NCBI GenBank assembly: GCA_965644495.1
Contig: CBFFSA010000003.1
Span: 62,001 to 126,000 of the forward strand
DNA from: Perkinsela sp. CCAP 1560/9
Lineage: Eukaryota; Protista; Euglenozoa: Kinetoplastea
Reading direction: 5' to 3'
DNA: 64,000 bases
Positions 11,484 through 22,837 of this stretch are shown here, piece by piece (the stretch's first letter is position 1; the number at the start of each line of letters is the position of its first letter). A program made the position numbers and the translations under genes. Under the pieces are notes generated by a model. The model was given only the letters and a program-made list of their open reading frames with translations. It was not told the origin of the DNA and made no database searches.

Positions 11484-13055
11484 TTAACCTTTATCTGTGC
11501 AAGAATTAGTGCTATCCAGTCCTCTTACTTGTAGCATATCATCATAATATGATGACAAAACAGCCATGTTCTTTATTTGGCCTTTATCAACGCATTGGAA
11601 CGGCAACCATTCCGCACAGTAGACAAGCTTTTCCTTCCCAGAAACAACGCAATCGTTTTGCTGCGTATCCTTAATAGACAAGCCTGAATCAGGACTATAC
11701 TTCACTATAACAGACCCCGCATGCATTGCTGCGACCAAATATTCGCTGCCTGTACTTTGGTCATTGTTCTCCACATCATGCAAAGGTGCGGGGTCCAAAT
11801 TCGCACCATATTTTTGATGAGACCGTTTCTTAGACATACGCCAAGCTCCACCCCCAACAAAGACGGAGCTTACACTCCGACCCAAATTTCGCGTGTCATA
11901 GAGTCGAACATGACCATCGTAGCACCCGGTAAGAAACATGTACTCAGTTGAGCTCAAGATAGAGTCACGATCAATACCCTGATTTTCAGAAAATCCTGTT
12001 GTATGACGTTCATATCCGGGCAAAGGATAAATGCAAGTAACCCCCGCAGGATGTTTCACTTGTTGACATGACGAAGATACGCGTAAGGAACCTGCATTTC
12101 TAGAGTCCCAGTACTTTACCAATTCCTCTGTAGGCAGCATTCGAGTATCCCAAATTTTCCACATCCCGTCATCACCTCCTGTACTAAAACAACATGATCG
12201 TTCACTGTCCTGTGTCGTATGAAAACAACAAGCCCATGCCTCAGCATCATGAGCCTGAAACAATTTCGTTGAGTGCGCAGGGTGACTCTCCGACCCCAAG
12301 CCCACATACTCCACATCGAGTAAAGCACATCCACCCGAACTCAACGTGGACACTATCGACGAAACATAAGGACCAGAGTGTTTATCGCAAACCGCAGGAG
12401 AGTAATCTGTGCTTCCCGGATAACTTCTCACGATGTAGTCACTGCATGTGCAAATGGAATCTGCTTCCACATTTTTATTGACCATTTGCTTTTCATCCAT
12501 CTCAGGCAAGAGATGAGCACAAAAAACTTCCGAAATGTCAAGTTCATAGTCCTTTGGTTCGCATCGTGATGATTTTAACGTTTTAAAATCACAGGGCTTG
12601 CTGAATGAAACAGCTTGTTCGATTTTAAAAATGCGGACGGTTCCATCGGAGCATGAGAAAAGAATAAAATCCTGTAAACAAAAATCTTGAGAGCAAATTA
12701 CCTTCATATCAAACAGGGCTGGTGTTCCAATATGAGAAATTGAGCTCAATTCAACGGTTGATTCTGTACCGACGTCATGCAATCGGCATAAAACAGCTTC
12801 TACACCCCCTTTTCTAGATGAGCTCTGTGTATCAAATTCATACATCCCAGCCAGAATTATACAGTCTTCGGATTGGCCCGTGCTTTCGTCGATCGCATAT
12901 TGTTGACACATGTTCATTCGTCGTGTCTTAGAATCTGAGTATTTCTCAGAACCAATAGAACTGCAGTCGGAAGGATGTGACAAATGCTTCCTCTTATCTT
13001 GTAGCACAGTAAGACAGCTAACATGAGCAGGAAGTGCAAGCGTACCTGTTGACAT
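11484..13055 (-). CDS. DPH7: Diphthine methyltransferase DPH7/WDR85-like WD40 protein
   Basis: The motifs AHDAEAW, STGGDD..K.WDTR, HPAGV, TGCYD..VRLYDTR, GGGAWR and AAMHAG are typical of Dph7/WDR85. Confidence 0.85.
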   Translation of the reverse strand: MSTGTLALPAHVSCLTVLQDKRKHLSHPSDCSSIGSEKYSDSKTRRMNMCQQYAIDESTGQSEDCIILAGMYEFDTQSSSRKGGVEAVLCRLHDVGTESTVELSSISHIGTPALFDMKVICSQDFCLQDFILFSCSDGTVRIFKIEQAVSFSKPCDFKTLKSSRCEPKDYELDISEVFCAHLLPEMDEKQMVNKNVEADSICTCSDYIVRSYPGSTDYSPAVCDKHSGPYVSSIVSTLSSGGCALLDVEYVGLGSESHPAHSTKLFQAHDAEAWACCFHTTQDSERSCCFSTGGDDGMWKIWDTRMLPTEELVKYWDSRNAGSLRVSSSCQQVKHPAGVTCIYPLPGYERHTTGFSENQGIDRDSILSSTEYMFLTGCYDGHVRLYDTRNLGRSVSSVFVGGGAWRMSKKRSHQKYGANLDPAPLHDVENNDQSTGSEYLVAAMHAGSVIVKYSPDSGLSIKDTQQNDCVVSGKEKLVYCAEWLPFQCVDKGQIKNMAVLSSYYDDMLQVRGLDSTNSCTDKG

Positions 13056-13349
13056 ACCGTGAAAGGTTTGCGTATTATCAAGCTATACGTTCTGATGATG
13101 GATGTTCAACGATTCATGATCCCCATGCGAATAAGCGTAATGCACAATAGATCTAGACGTACCACATGGCTAGCATGTACGTTTAAGTAGACCAATATGT
13201 GATATTCAAGAAAAAAAATCGTTTGTTTCGTTAGTTTTCGTAGTTTTAAAAAAAATATCTTGCATTTGAGTAAATCCAAAGAAATATAACCAAGACTGTA
13301 AGGAGTCATCGGCAATTGCTTATCCTTACCGTGCGGAATCCAACCTCCA

Positions 13350-14570
13350 TCAAATAATGCTTTTCCGCAACGCTACTTCTACTTGAGGAAGAACACCGGC
13401 CTGTACGTAATTTGGATTCCAGGAGAGCTGAGTCGCTTGCAAAGACAGGGAACCGATTAGGGAGGTATCGACAGTGCCTTGTACCCATTCCTCCGGTAAA
13501 GCACTACAGTCACATTTCGCGCCAAGAAGAGCTCCCAAATAAATAGAAGCCACGGGAATGAATATCTCATACAACATGCAGCGGGTGACTTCTTGGTCTA
13601 TTGGAAAATGTTTTTCTATTTCTTCAATTGAGGCCAAAAAGCGAAGCACTCCAGTGCGAAATTTCTGCACATCACAAGCGCATGCCCATGTAATTCGAAG
13701 TAGAGATTCTGAAAAGGAACTTTCTATTTTCTCTTCCTGCATCTCACTTCCTTGAAAAAGATTCACCAGAATAGGTTCCTTGAAAAGTCCAGTAGGGTAT
13801 GGATGTTGGCATATCGAGAGCAGTTTCTCAGAATTGAGCACACCAAAACGTCCCTCAAGTGCTGTATTCCGCAATGGATCAGGATTACGACACAGCATTC
13901 GTAGCAAAGTGTGTTGGAGAATGTCAAGCCAATCCGCTGTCAAGGGTGAAAAGTTAAGATTCGGGGAAGATGAACTGCTTAGTTCTGTCCTCGAGCACTC
14001 TCTGTCGGAGGGTTGAGGTGTCACAGAGGAACCACTCAATAAATGCTCATGAATTGGACGGACTCTTCTCGCTAAGTATTCAGCATCACTCCACGGGTAG
14101 GAAACAACCACGGGCAAACTGGAAACAAGAGCCTCTGTCGCCAAATACGATCTCTCCAAGCAACTCATCGTTGCCTTGTTAACGGAGGAGACCAGTACTT
14201 CGTCCGAGTCGAACGTTTCTTTTTCCAAAGACGTCTCTAAGAGCATCATTGAACTTTGCCGATCAGAAAAATATTCGTCAGGAACGAACACTCCCTCACT
14301 ATCAGCAAGCGTGCGGAGCGCCGGAAGATAAGCTCGGAAATATAAATCCGAATGATTTCGTAGACTCACGCGTTTTGCTAAGGATAAGGACCCAAAAGGC
14401 TTTAACTTTGGAAAAGACGCACCTTTGAGGGGTGGGACCGACTTCAGGAACGACTTTCGTTGCTGTACAGCTCCATAAACAAGGCTATCACAAACTGCCG
14501 CCCCGACGAACGCGCCTACTTGTCTGCGCTGTACAGCAGAGAGTTGTTTAAAAGAGGACTTGTACCACAT
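13350..14570 (-). CDS. ADP-ribosylglycohydrolase-fold protein, probably mitochondrial and divergent
   Basis: N-terminal GAFVGAAVCDSL and C-terminal GALLGAKCDCSALPEEW match the ARH/DraG termini. Basic presequence-like N-terminus. Confidence 0.6.
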   Translation of the reverse strand: MWYKSSFKQLSAVQRRQVGAFVGAAVCDSLVYGAVQQRKSFLKSVPPLKGASFPKLKPFGSLSLAKRVSLRNHSDLYFRAYLPALRTLADSEGVFVPDEYFSDRQSSMMLLETSLEKETFDSDEVLVSSVNKATMSCLERSYLATEALVSSLPVVVSYPWSDAEYLARRVRPIHEHLLSGSSVTPQPSDRECSRTELSSSSSPNLNFSPLTADWLDILQHTLLRMLCRNPDPLRNTALEGRFGVLNSEKLLSICQHPYPTGLFKEPILVNLFQGSEMQEEKIESSFSESLLRITWACACDVQKFRTGVLRFLASIEEIEKHFPIDQEVTRCMLYEIFIPVASIYLGALLGAKCDCSALPEEWVQGTVDTSLIGSLSLQATQLSWNPNYVQAGVLPQVEVALRKSII

Positions 14571-14975
14571 GTTTTAAAGGATAAGAAAGTCTACGTGGTA
14601 TAAAATTTGTAATAGAGAACAGAAAGAATACACAAAGAATCATATCAAGCGACCTTCAATCAAACGTGTGCATAAGATTTCGTAAACTAAGATTCCAAAC
14701 ACTATCGTGTGTGTAAATTTAGTGAGCTGCGGAGACACTGTTTTTCATTCGTGTAGTTACATCAACGGACACAGCGGACGTCCATAAAAAAATCGAAATC
14801 TCATGTGAAATCGATTTAATACATAAATTAAGTTATTTCCACTACATTCGATTCGATAAGATATTCTAACCGCAAATATAAAGTCCTCGCAGCAGAGGTC
14901 TATCTTCGTTTAGACGAAGGCCTGTATACTAGAAAACACCATTCAAAATTTTTCATTGGACCATAAGGCTAGAAT

Positions 14976-16499
14976 TTAAACCTCTGCGCTGATGGCAGCC
15001 TCGGATTTCATGACTTCCATGCCTTCTTCCAATGCTTTAGCAAAAGTACGCGCCAGATCGTACATCACACTTGCCATGATATGAGGATTGGCAACGTCCT
15101 TTGGAGGGATGGTCGCTAGCAGCTCGTACTCAAGGCGCTCTCCCTGATTAGAGGCAATAGTCGTCAATACAGGTGTACGCTTCGTTTGGATCATGCGGAT
15201 CGTTATTCCACTGGATTCGTCCTTCTTCGACCAAGAAGCAATCACACGTTCAGCCACATACTGAATATCACCCAGTTCCGGAGCAAGAACGCTCTCCACG
15301 GTATCATTTTTGAATTTCAGTATCTCAGCCTCGAAGTACGGCGTCGCGATTCGCTTTTTAAGAGGAACTCTACCACGTACTAGAAATCGAACGTCCGGCA
15401 TTTTTCGGCGTACGTATTGCGTAGCAAGGTGTCTGTCCCATGTGCGCAAGACTTCAACAGGTTGTAAATCCGAATTGAGTTCCAAAACGACGGGATCACG
15501 AGGTCGCTTGATCATAACTAGATATGATGTTTGCGGATCTTTTTCTGCCGCAAAACCGTTCTCCTTAAGAAATTTTCCTACTGCTGCAGTATTATTTTCA
15601 TGGGCAAGTGCAACAAAACGTAGCACGGAAGCTTGTGCCATTGCCTTCTGTGCAGACCAAAGCGGAACGACGTTCTTCTTGAAGAGTACGGCACTTACAA
15701 TATTTTTCAATAAAGTTCTACCATACGTCACATTTATGTCTCCTTCCTGGCCCAAGTTCCACATATTGTTTATAGCCCATGTGCAAGAGCGAAGAAACCG
15801 TTGTCGATTTGCGCGCTCCAAATCTGCAGCCTTCATGGTATATGCCTGAGCACCGGAGAGAGTTCCCGGAAGACCTGAAGCGTCTAGTGGAACGAGCTGT
15901 ACATCACACCCCTGTACTTCATGCAAAAGTTGTGTTGCGCGCACGTCCAAAGCGCTCTGGGACTCTCCCCCTTGAGCATCAATAGATTTTTCCATGTAAT
16001 CAATCATTCGCTTTTCTTCAAAAGAGGGATCCACACCCCAATCGCCGTATACGTCGGCTTCTTCAAAAAGGTCGCCGGTTCCTGCATTCTTTGCTTGATG
16101 ATCAAAAAGAGAAATTGCACTTTCATCCTGGCGCACAAGTGAGGGTTGAGATGAGCTCATAACTTCTTCTACTTTACGTACCAACGCAGTCTTTTTTTCG
16201 TCTCCTTTGACGTCAACCTTTTGGGCTTTCAAAAAAGCAACGAGGTCAGCTTGACTTAGGGAAAAGAGATTTCCTTCGTTCCATAATGACCATACGGTGT
16301 CCATCGATATTCCTTTTGCCTCACTGGATGATGGAGAAGAGTAGCGTCGAACACACTCATGAATAAGTAATTTCGTTCCTGTGGACACCCTTTCGTATGA
16401 TTTAAAAAGTGATCCCATTCCAAGAGTTGCAGGTATGGCGCCAACACACGCATACGCTTGAGAAACACTTCGTTTTTGAATGACAAGCCCGCGTAACAT
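14976..16499 (-). CDS. RESC2: Guide RNA binding protein RESC2 (GAP1/GRBC2), mitochondrial RNA editing
   Basis: TVWSLWNEGNLFSLS, EEADVYGDWG, KMPD.R..VR.R.P.KKRIA, PELGD, GERLEYE and ALEEGME match trypanosomatid GAP1/RESC2 as recalled. MLR- presequence starts at ATG 16499. Confidence 0.85.
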   Translation of the reverse strand: MLRGLVIQKRSVSQAYACVGAIPATLGMGSLFKSYERVSTGTKLLIHECVRRYSSPSSSEAKGISMDTVWSLWNEGNLFSLSQADLVAFLKAQKVDVKGDEKKTALVRKVEEVMSSSQPSLVRQDESAISLFDHQAKNAGTGDLFEEADVYGDWGVDPSFEEKRMIDYMEKSIDAQGGESQSALDVRATQLLHEVQGCDVQLVPLDASGLPGTLSGAQAYTMKAADLERANRQRFLRSCTWAINNMWNLGQEGDINVTYGRTLLKNIVSAVLFKKNVVPLWSAQKAMAQASVLRFVALAHENNTAAVGKFLKENGFAAEKDPQTSYLVMIKRPRDPVVLELNSDLQPVEVLRTWDRHLATQYVRRKMPDVRFLVRGRVPLKKRIATPYFEAEILKFKNDTVESVLAPELGDIQYVAERVIASWSKKDESSGITIRMIQTKRTPVLTTIASNQGERLEYELLATIPPKDVANPHIMASVMYDLARTFAKALEEGMEVMKSEAAISAEV

Positions 16500-16926
16500 G
16501 TTCCTATTTAAAAGAAAAATAATTTCAAAAAAATAAAATCGTTTGAGTAACACTTTCACAAAGTGACTTGCAAGTCTTGTAGTGACTTGTATCCAACTTT
16601 CCCTCCAAAAAAGTTTAATCAAGCGTAATTCTACAGAATAAGTAATTCTACAAAATCTCCTTTTTGAATTTCTGCTCTTTTACATTCAATTTTATGAAAC
16701 GAATTTGTGGGGACTATTCACCCGAACAGTACTATTATACAAAGTAATACAATTTTCACTATAAATTTGTGAGATACTATGGGCGAGACCCAACCCACCA
16801 TACATAAACGCACTTTGACAAGCATGAACTTTAAACACATCTTGTTACGGCTTCAGTAAACGTAAAGTGATTTCATCATTCATCCAAAATAGCGAATATT
16901 CGTTTCGATTCATCATAAAACCGGTA

Positions 16927-17672
16927 CCCCCCCTGTCATTAATAATGATAATCCTCAATTTTTCTTTTTGAGATTATTAAACCACAGTCCTGTTTAACAT
17001 TCCGGGGGGGAATGTTAAGTAGCTACAGGAATGTTAAATAGCTACAGGAATGTTAACTTTTCAAGATATTTTTTTGAGATATTTTTTTGAAAGGCAAAAC
17101 AATTTCATTTGTTCAGTATCTTCCTCTTCGCCTATTGCTTCGACTTCTTTTGCTTCACTTTCTTGGCGTTCTTGAACTTTCTTAAAGTACTCCGTCAGCG
17201 TACATGCGTACCGGAAACCTGGAGGACCCTGTAGGGGAGCAGAGTTGAGAATCTCCCGTGGTGGCTCTTCGTCGGTAGAGTGGGTGAACCTGTAAGCCAT
17301 AGGGGGGGGGCACGGGGGTTTTTCAGGGGGGGATGTTAAAAAACACATGAGACATCATAATGTTATCTAGCTAGAGGAAGGTTAAACCGGACTTTGGTTT
17401 ATTATCATTATCATTATTAATGGCTGGGAGAGTACATAGTTTTCGACAAAAAAACACGATTTTCAGGCCAAAAATGCGAATTTTTAACCCGAATTTGGGC
17501 CGTTTTTGAAACCTTACCAGTAGTTTTTTAGTTCAAAAAACTTTTTTTTTAAGACACAAATTTTTTTGTAAGAAAATCCTGCGTGCATGAAAATAAGTTG
17601 ATAATTTTTTAGGAGTCTTCACCATGTAGAATGACATTTTTTTAAGATTATCATTATTAATGACAGGGGGAG
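16927..17672. mobile_element. TIR element (MITE) containing a nested second MITE
   Basis: Outer TIR CCCCCCCTGTCATTAATAATGATAATC is inverted at 17646-17670. Inner TA-flanked element 16980-17399 has AACCACAGTCCTGTTTAAC / GTTAAACCGGACTTTGGTT ends. Confidence 0.7.
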
Positions 17673-18762
17673 GGATACTATTGCCCGCGACCAAGAAAAG
17701 ATATGAATAAAAAATATAGGATTAACGCCATCGAAAAAGTACTCCAAAATAGACCTTTTCGATTTTTTATACATTTGTACTTTAAATTTCTCACCCCAGC
17801 TTCATATTGGGGTGCCATTGCAACGTCCTTTCACGCACCTAAAGCCCAATGTCAAAAAAGTACCTTCGTTCTGATGAACGAAGTAAGAGTGAGCAAAACC
17901 GAAAAAATAGACGTTTTTGACGTCGGTCGTTATGCGTTCAGGATAAACTAGGTAAGAAAAAGTACGTAAAAATGGATGAAAAACGTTGCAAGGGCACTGC
18001 AGCATTCAGCTGGAGTCAAAATGCCCCCACTAAAAAAGCGTTTAACTTCATATTTTACTTAATAAAATGTACCAAAAAAAGAAAATTTATGAGCTTTATC
18101 CTGGTTCCGGTTCTGAGCCCGGAAAAAGATTTCAAATTCCTTCAACAGTGGAACATACGGTACAGTCTTCTATCACCATGTCATCCAAGGTTCCCAGCCA
18201 CAAAACTTGATGCGGTCAGACATTTTACAGCCTATGCAAGGAAGAATGATAGAGCGGAGTCGTGAAAGTACAAAAATATGATGCTTAATCATTCGCGTAG
18301 ATGATAATAAAATTTTGCGCGAAACTATCATGAAAAAAATTAAGTTTTTTTGGGAGAGAAAGTCCCCTTTCACCTGCAGCTGGAGTCAGGAAATGAAAAA
18401 AAGGTCAAGAAAATGAAAAAATATATTTTGGGCTGCATTTTCGATGGCATTGGGCCGAAATAAAATATTATTGGTTGAAATTGCAACTACGAAATTGCGA
18501 CCAGAAGGGATCATTGTACGCAAGAATGCTGACGCCCCGTGGTAACGTACAAAAAGGGAGTATGCTCAGCAAAAGTATTTAAAGGGCCTCACTGTTCGAC
18601 CTTTTATGGTGAAGAAACCAAAAAAGCTAAGGCCGCGTGATGTTCTTTTTGTTGAAACGAAAACCAAGCAAAGAAATATTCGTTTTTATGAAGTGGGTAT
18701 CATTTTATGTAAAATTATTTTGCTTAATCGATGAAAATCATCACGATCAATGTACCACTAGT

Positions 18763-19657
18763 TCAAAACATTCCATGCCACAGTTCCATACACATCATCC
18801 GAAAGGACCAAATCAAAAGAAAACTATGAAGCCCAACCGTAATTATCTTTTTCAAAATCAGACGGTAATAAGAAACAGAAATTGCAATAAAAGGTGAACA
18901 AGAATTAAAGGCAGTACTATTGCTTGACTCGATTGAAGAATCCTGTACATTTCGACTCGAATAAACTAAGTCGTCAAAGTCATTCACTGGATTCGATTTA
19001 TCATTTGCAGGAACACCTGTTGTCCACTCTTCGTAACCAGAAGAAAGTATCTCGTTCCAAACCAGCGAATCTTCGATTCCGTCATCTGTAAGACTCCACG
19101 GAAGAGAAGCGGTGTAAGATTGTTCAACGCAAGACAAGAGAAAAATGCGTCCATCTCGTTTGAAGAACGAAGAAACGCAAAAAAGATACGTTAAAAAAAT
19201 TAGGCTCAAACAATAAAGAAAAATGTTGTGGTTTATTTTCTTTTGAAAGACTGCAGTAGAAAACTCCGAATATAGAATCTCGGACATGCTACGATTCTTC
19301 AATTAGGTTGGTCTCACGCGAAAGACCTCATGCAAGCAATACTGGTAAGAAAGAAATTTTGGAATATAAATTTTGTTATTGAAAGACCATCTCACGAAAG
19401 CAATTCTACGAATACACCCTACGAGAATAATGCCAAAAATCGTAGTGCACTGCTTGCTGATTGCGAGAGTACTTTGTAATCCTACATTGAAAAAAGTGCG
19501 CACTACGCCCCAATTTTCCAAAGGCGATTAATGAAAACTTCTGTAAAAAGCATAAACAAGCGATTACAAGAATTAAGATACTAGAAAACGATAAAAGAAA
19601 TCCCAACGAAGGCGGTGTCTGACACAAGGTGTTACATCCTTCCCGAAATTCTCTCAT
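18763..19657 (-). CDS. Hypothetical membrane protein(s), possibly one frameshifted gene
   Basis: Co-directional ORFs 19406-19657 and 18763-19302 with hydrophobic segments lie directly downstream of the kinesin. No family recognised. Confidence 0.3.
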
Positions 19658-19696
19658 ACCTTAAAGACATACAGTACGTGAGCCAATCGACAATTT

Positions 19697-21892
19697 CTAG
19701 TTAGACGAAGTACGTTTTTTTGCTACACCAATATTGGTTGCATTCACTTTTGAAGCAAAACGAAGCGAACTCACAGTTTCCGAAGCGTGTTCTTCCAAAG
19801 GGGACACGTTTACCAGCATAAGCACTTTGCTACCCTCCCCTCCAAGATAGTTTTGCAACAAATACGTAAGCTTACTATTCCGATAAGGAACATGACTGGG
19901 AGCGTTGCAATCCGCATTTTCATGTAGCGCCTTCTCCCGTTGACCCAGAGCCAAAATGACGTCTCCTAAATGTGAAAGTGAACGATTAATCTGTACGGCT
20001 TCTTTAAAATGGTGACCTTGCACACCACTCTCCGAAACCCTCTCGGATCCTGCCAAATCTATGAGGCATAGGATTCCTGAAGTTTTTTGACCCATTTTTT
20101 GGTTTGTCCCTTCAATTTTCAATGTGAAAACACTGTGCGAGCGACTCGACCTTTCGTTTATCTTTGTACGTGCCGTAGTCCGATTTTGCATGGCAGTTCT
20201 AAGTAATTCTTCTAACTCATAGGGTGCTGTGACAGACACTACCCTTACTCCTGTTACGTTCGTGTCTTGTTTACCATCATGCCTAATTTCATGCTTTATT
20301 TCTCCACGATCTAGAATTGCCTTTTGATAGTCTTCAGAATCTACCAGAAGGTCACGTATAATATCGTTGTAAATTTCTACGAATGTGCAGCTCAAATTAA
20401 AATTCCACCCGAAGTTTGCAATTAATTGTTGTGTGGAATCAAAGATGCGCTCGACAGATCGCATAATGATTCCTGGTTTCTCAGGAGTTCCTTCCATCGT
20501 GTATGTCTTGCCACTTCCTGTTTGACCATAAGCAAAAATGCAAACTTTGAAACCGTCCACAGCACTTTCGACAACGGGAGAGACACGTTCAAAAATTTCG
20601 TCCTGAGAGCACTGAGGCGAAAAAACCGCGTCGTACTTAAATTGTATCGGCTTCTCAATTCGTGCCGTAGAAGTTGCGTTATCCCGACTCTGCCGAATTT
20701 CTATCATACGATTGTCTATCTTGTCCGGATACTCCAAAGGAGCCTCAAACTTTGATCCAAGTGGAGGTCGTACGCGGCAGTAAACTCGGATATTACCTTT
20801 CAGCTCTTCAATTTGGACTAATAATTTGCGTCGCGCTTGTTCTCCTTGAAGAATCAAAAGCTCTTTCTGCCTCTCCCTTTCGCTTAACTCGCACAAATTG
20901 CCTTGCGTGGCTCCTAATCGGCTTGTCATATCTTGCGTGAGTTTTTCTAGAGTTTCGACTCGAGACTTTAGAGTAATTACATGTTCATGCTGCCCAGTGA
21001 GCTCGTTTCTGAGAGCATTTGCGTCCGAAGTCTTAGTAGTCAGTTCTAGTTTTAGTGAGTCTGTGTATCTCTCCTTTTCCGTCAAAGTTAATTCTAACTC
21101 TTTCACTCTTTGCTGCGCGACGTTCATTTCATTGGACAGAGATTGATATTCTGCAGCTGCATCAGAAATGTTTGCTTTCTGTTCTTCATTCAAAACCTCA
21201 AACGACTTTATTTGGACTAATTGCTCTTGGATTTGATCGTGAAGAAGTTTAATTTCTTCATCCTTGTCTTTTATGGACTGAGTAAGAGTGCTTTCCGTTT
21301 GTTTTGATTCCGCGTATAAATTGTTAAGTTTCTCTTCAATGGAGCATATGGAAATGCTGTGCTTTGATTCTGCCTCTGCGAACAGTTTTTCTTGCTTTTC
21401 TACATTTCCCTTGAGAAGCTCTTCTTTTTCATTAGCCGATTTTCTAAACTCGTAAAGCTTTGCATCTTTTTCATTTAGCTGAGCCACATACCGAGACTCC
21501 TGTTGACGTTGATCTTCGGCGGCAAGCTCTTGAAATTCGATAAATTTCTGTTTCTCTTCCTCCATTTGCTCTTCCAGTTGTTGTTTCTGGTGTTGCAATG
21601 TAAATATTTCATTCAACTGTTTTTGTTCTGTCATAGCGACATCCAGAGCTATCTTCTCACTTTCTTTTTGTAGTTTTGTGTGGGCGGCTTCTAGTTTACT
21701 GTACTGCGTAGCCACTGGCTTTGAAGTACCTTGTGATCTTACTGCTATTCGACCACGTGGAGCGGAGGTTGTAATTGAACGGCCTCGTGCTGAAGTAGCC
21801 CGACGTTTTGGATCCCTCTCGACAGGCTGCGATACGGACCTTTCGGCGGGCCTTTTTATACTCACCGACCCGGTTTTTGCTGCAAGTGGCAT
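19697..21892 (-). CDS. Kinesin-14 (C-terminal motor, KIFC1/Kar3-like)
   Basis: Basic tail, coiled coil, neck ELKGNIRVYCRVRP, AYGQTGSGKTYTM, NERSSRSH and DLAGSER. Confidence 0.95.
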   Translation of the reverse strand: MPLAAKTGSVSIKRPAERSVSQPVERDPKRRATSARGRSITTSAPRGRIAVRSQGTSKPVATQYSKLEAAHTKLQKESEKIALDVAMTEQKQLNEIFTLQHQKQQLEEQMEEEKQKFIEFQELAAEDQRQQESRYVAQLNEKDAKLYEFRKSANEKEELLKGNVEKQEKLFAEAESKHSISICSIEEKLNNLYAESKQTESTLTQSIKDKDEEIKLLHDQIQEQLVQIKSFEVLNEEQKANISDAAAEYQSLSNEMNVAQQRVKELELTLTEKERYTDSLKLELTTKTSDANALRNELTGQHEHVITLKSRVETLEKLTQDMTSRLGATQGNLCELSERERQKELLILQGEQARRKLLVQIEELKGNIRVYCRVRPPLGSKFEAPLEYPDKIDNRMIEIRQSRDNATSTARIEKPIQFKYDAVFSPQCSQDEIFERVSPVVESAVDGFKVCIFAYGQTGSGKTYTMEGTPEKPGIIMRSVERIFDSTQQLIANFGWNFNLSCTFVEIYNDIIRDLLVDSEDYQKAILDRGEIKHEIRHDGKQDTNVTGVRVVSVTAPYELEELLRTAMQNRTTARTKINERSSRSHSVFTLKIEGTNQKMGQKTSGILCLIDLAGSERVSESGVQGHHFKEAVQINRSLSHLGDVILALGQREKALHENADCNAPSHVPYRNSKLTYLLQNYLGGEGSKVLMLVNVSPLEEHASETVSSLRFASKVNATNIGVAKKRTSSN

Positions 21893-22198
21893 GCAAAGTC
21901 TATACGTATTGTGAAAAGAAAAGGAGAATATCTAAGAGAAGAATAGTGCAATGCTCTTGATCTCTTGCTCGTACACGTGCTGCTACATGATACACTTGTA
22001 CTTGATATGAGTACATGATAGACACTTCTACACGTAAACACATACATGTGCACGTACGTATACATGTGTTACTTGTAAAAACATGAATGCGCGATCGGCG
22101 AAAAACATTTCATACATCACTAGACGAGTATATATTAAATATACTGTAGTCTATAGTATAATCTATAGTATTACTCTATAATAGAGTAAATATGCTAT

Positions 22199-22570
22199 TT
22201 ACTTTTTAAATTTGGAGCGCCCTTTCGGACGAGGTCGAGTCATTCCATATTTCGGCAGAGATTTGTGAAAGTCCCATACACGTTCATAGTTAATAAGCTT
22301 TTGCTGTGTGTCCATATTTTTTTCTTTAGTGCCTATGTATTTCATCTCAAAAGGATGGCAACAAACATGAAAATAATGCCTTGCCGAAGCAGCTTTTTCC
22401 TGTATTCTTTTGCAAAGGGAACAACGAAAAAGAAGAATGCTGGAAAATCGAATACGTCGTGAAGGGTCGTGCCTTGGCCCTTGCTTATAGATTTGGGGAG
22501 CGCGATATGCGCCAGCTACAGAAGGACGTCGCCCTCGATGCAGCGATGCGCTTGCAAAGAAGCTATTCAT
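22199..22570 (-). CDS. Small basic CxxC-containing mitochondrial protein (possibly mitoribosomal)
   Basis: 123 aa, very basic, presequence-like N-terminus, CSLC...CCH. Co-directional with the gene cluster. Confidence 0.6.
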   Translation of the reverse strand: MNSFFASASLHRGRRPSVAGAYRAPQIYKQGPRHDPSRRIRFSSILLFRCSLCKRIQEKAASARHYFHVCCHPFEMKYIGTKEKNMDTQQKLINYERVWDFHKSLPKYGMTRPRPKGRSKFKK

Positions 22571-22666
22571 TTTCTCGTTACTATAAGTTGCTGATAAAAA
22601 ATAACAAGAAGAATATACATGTAGCATATCTTTAACCCCCAGTTGATGAATTCAACTTCGTCTAAG

Positions 22667-22837
22667 CTAACAATCTAGCGACCCCGATAAATTTAAAACT
22701 ACAGTACAAGCTACAAATAGACCATAAAAGGCTGCGTGCCTCCATCCTTGACCTCCCCATGAACGCAGTCGAAAAAATCCGGAACTCGTTTCATCGACTT
22801 TGCCAAGAGCTCGGTTGGGTGGGCGTTTGCATTTCAT
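22667..22837 (-). CDS. Possible small tail-anchored protein (Sec61beta-like?)
   Basis: Basic N-terminus, then SSGFFR...LFVACTVVLNLSG as a C-terminal hydrophobic helix. Weak resemblance only. Confidence 0.2.
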   Translation of the reverse strand: MKCKRPPNRALGKVDETSSGFFRLRSWGGQGWRHAAFYGLFVACTVVLNLSGSLDC

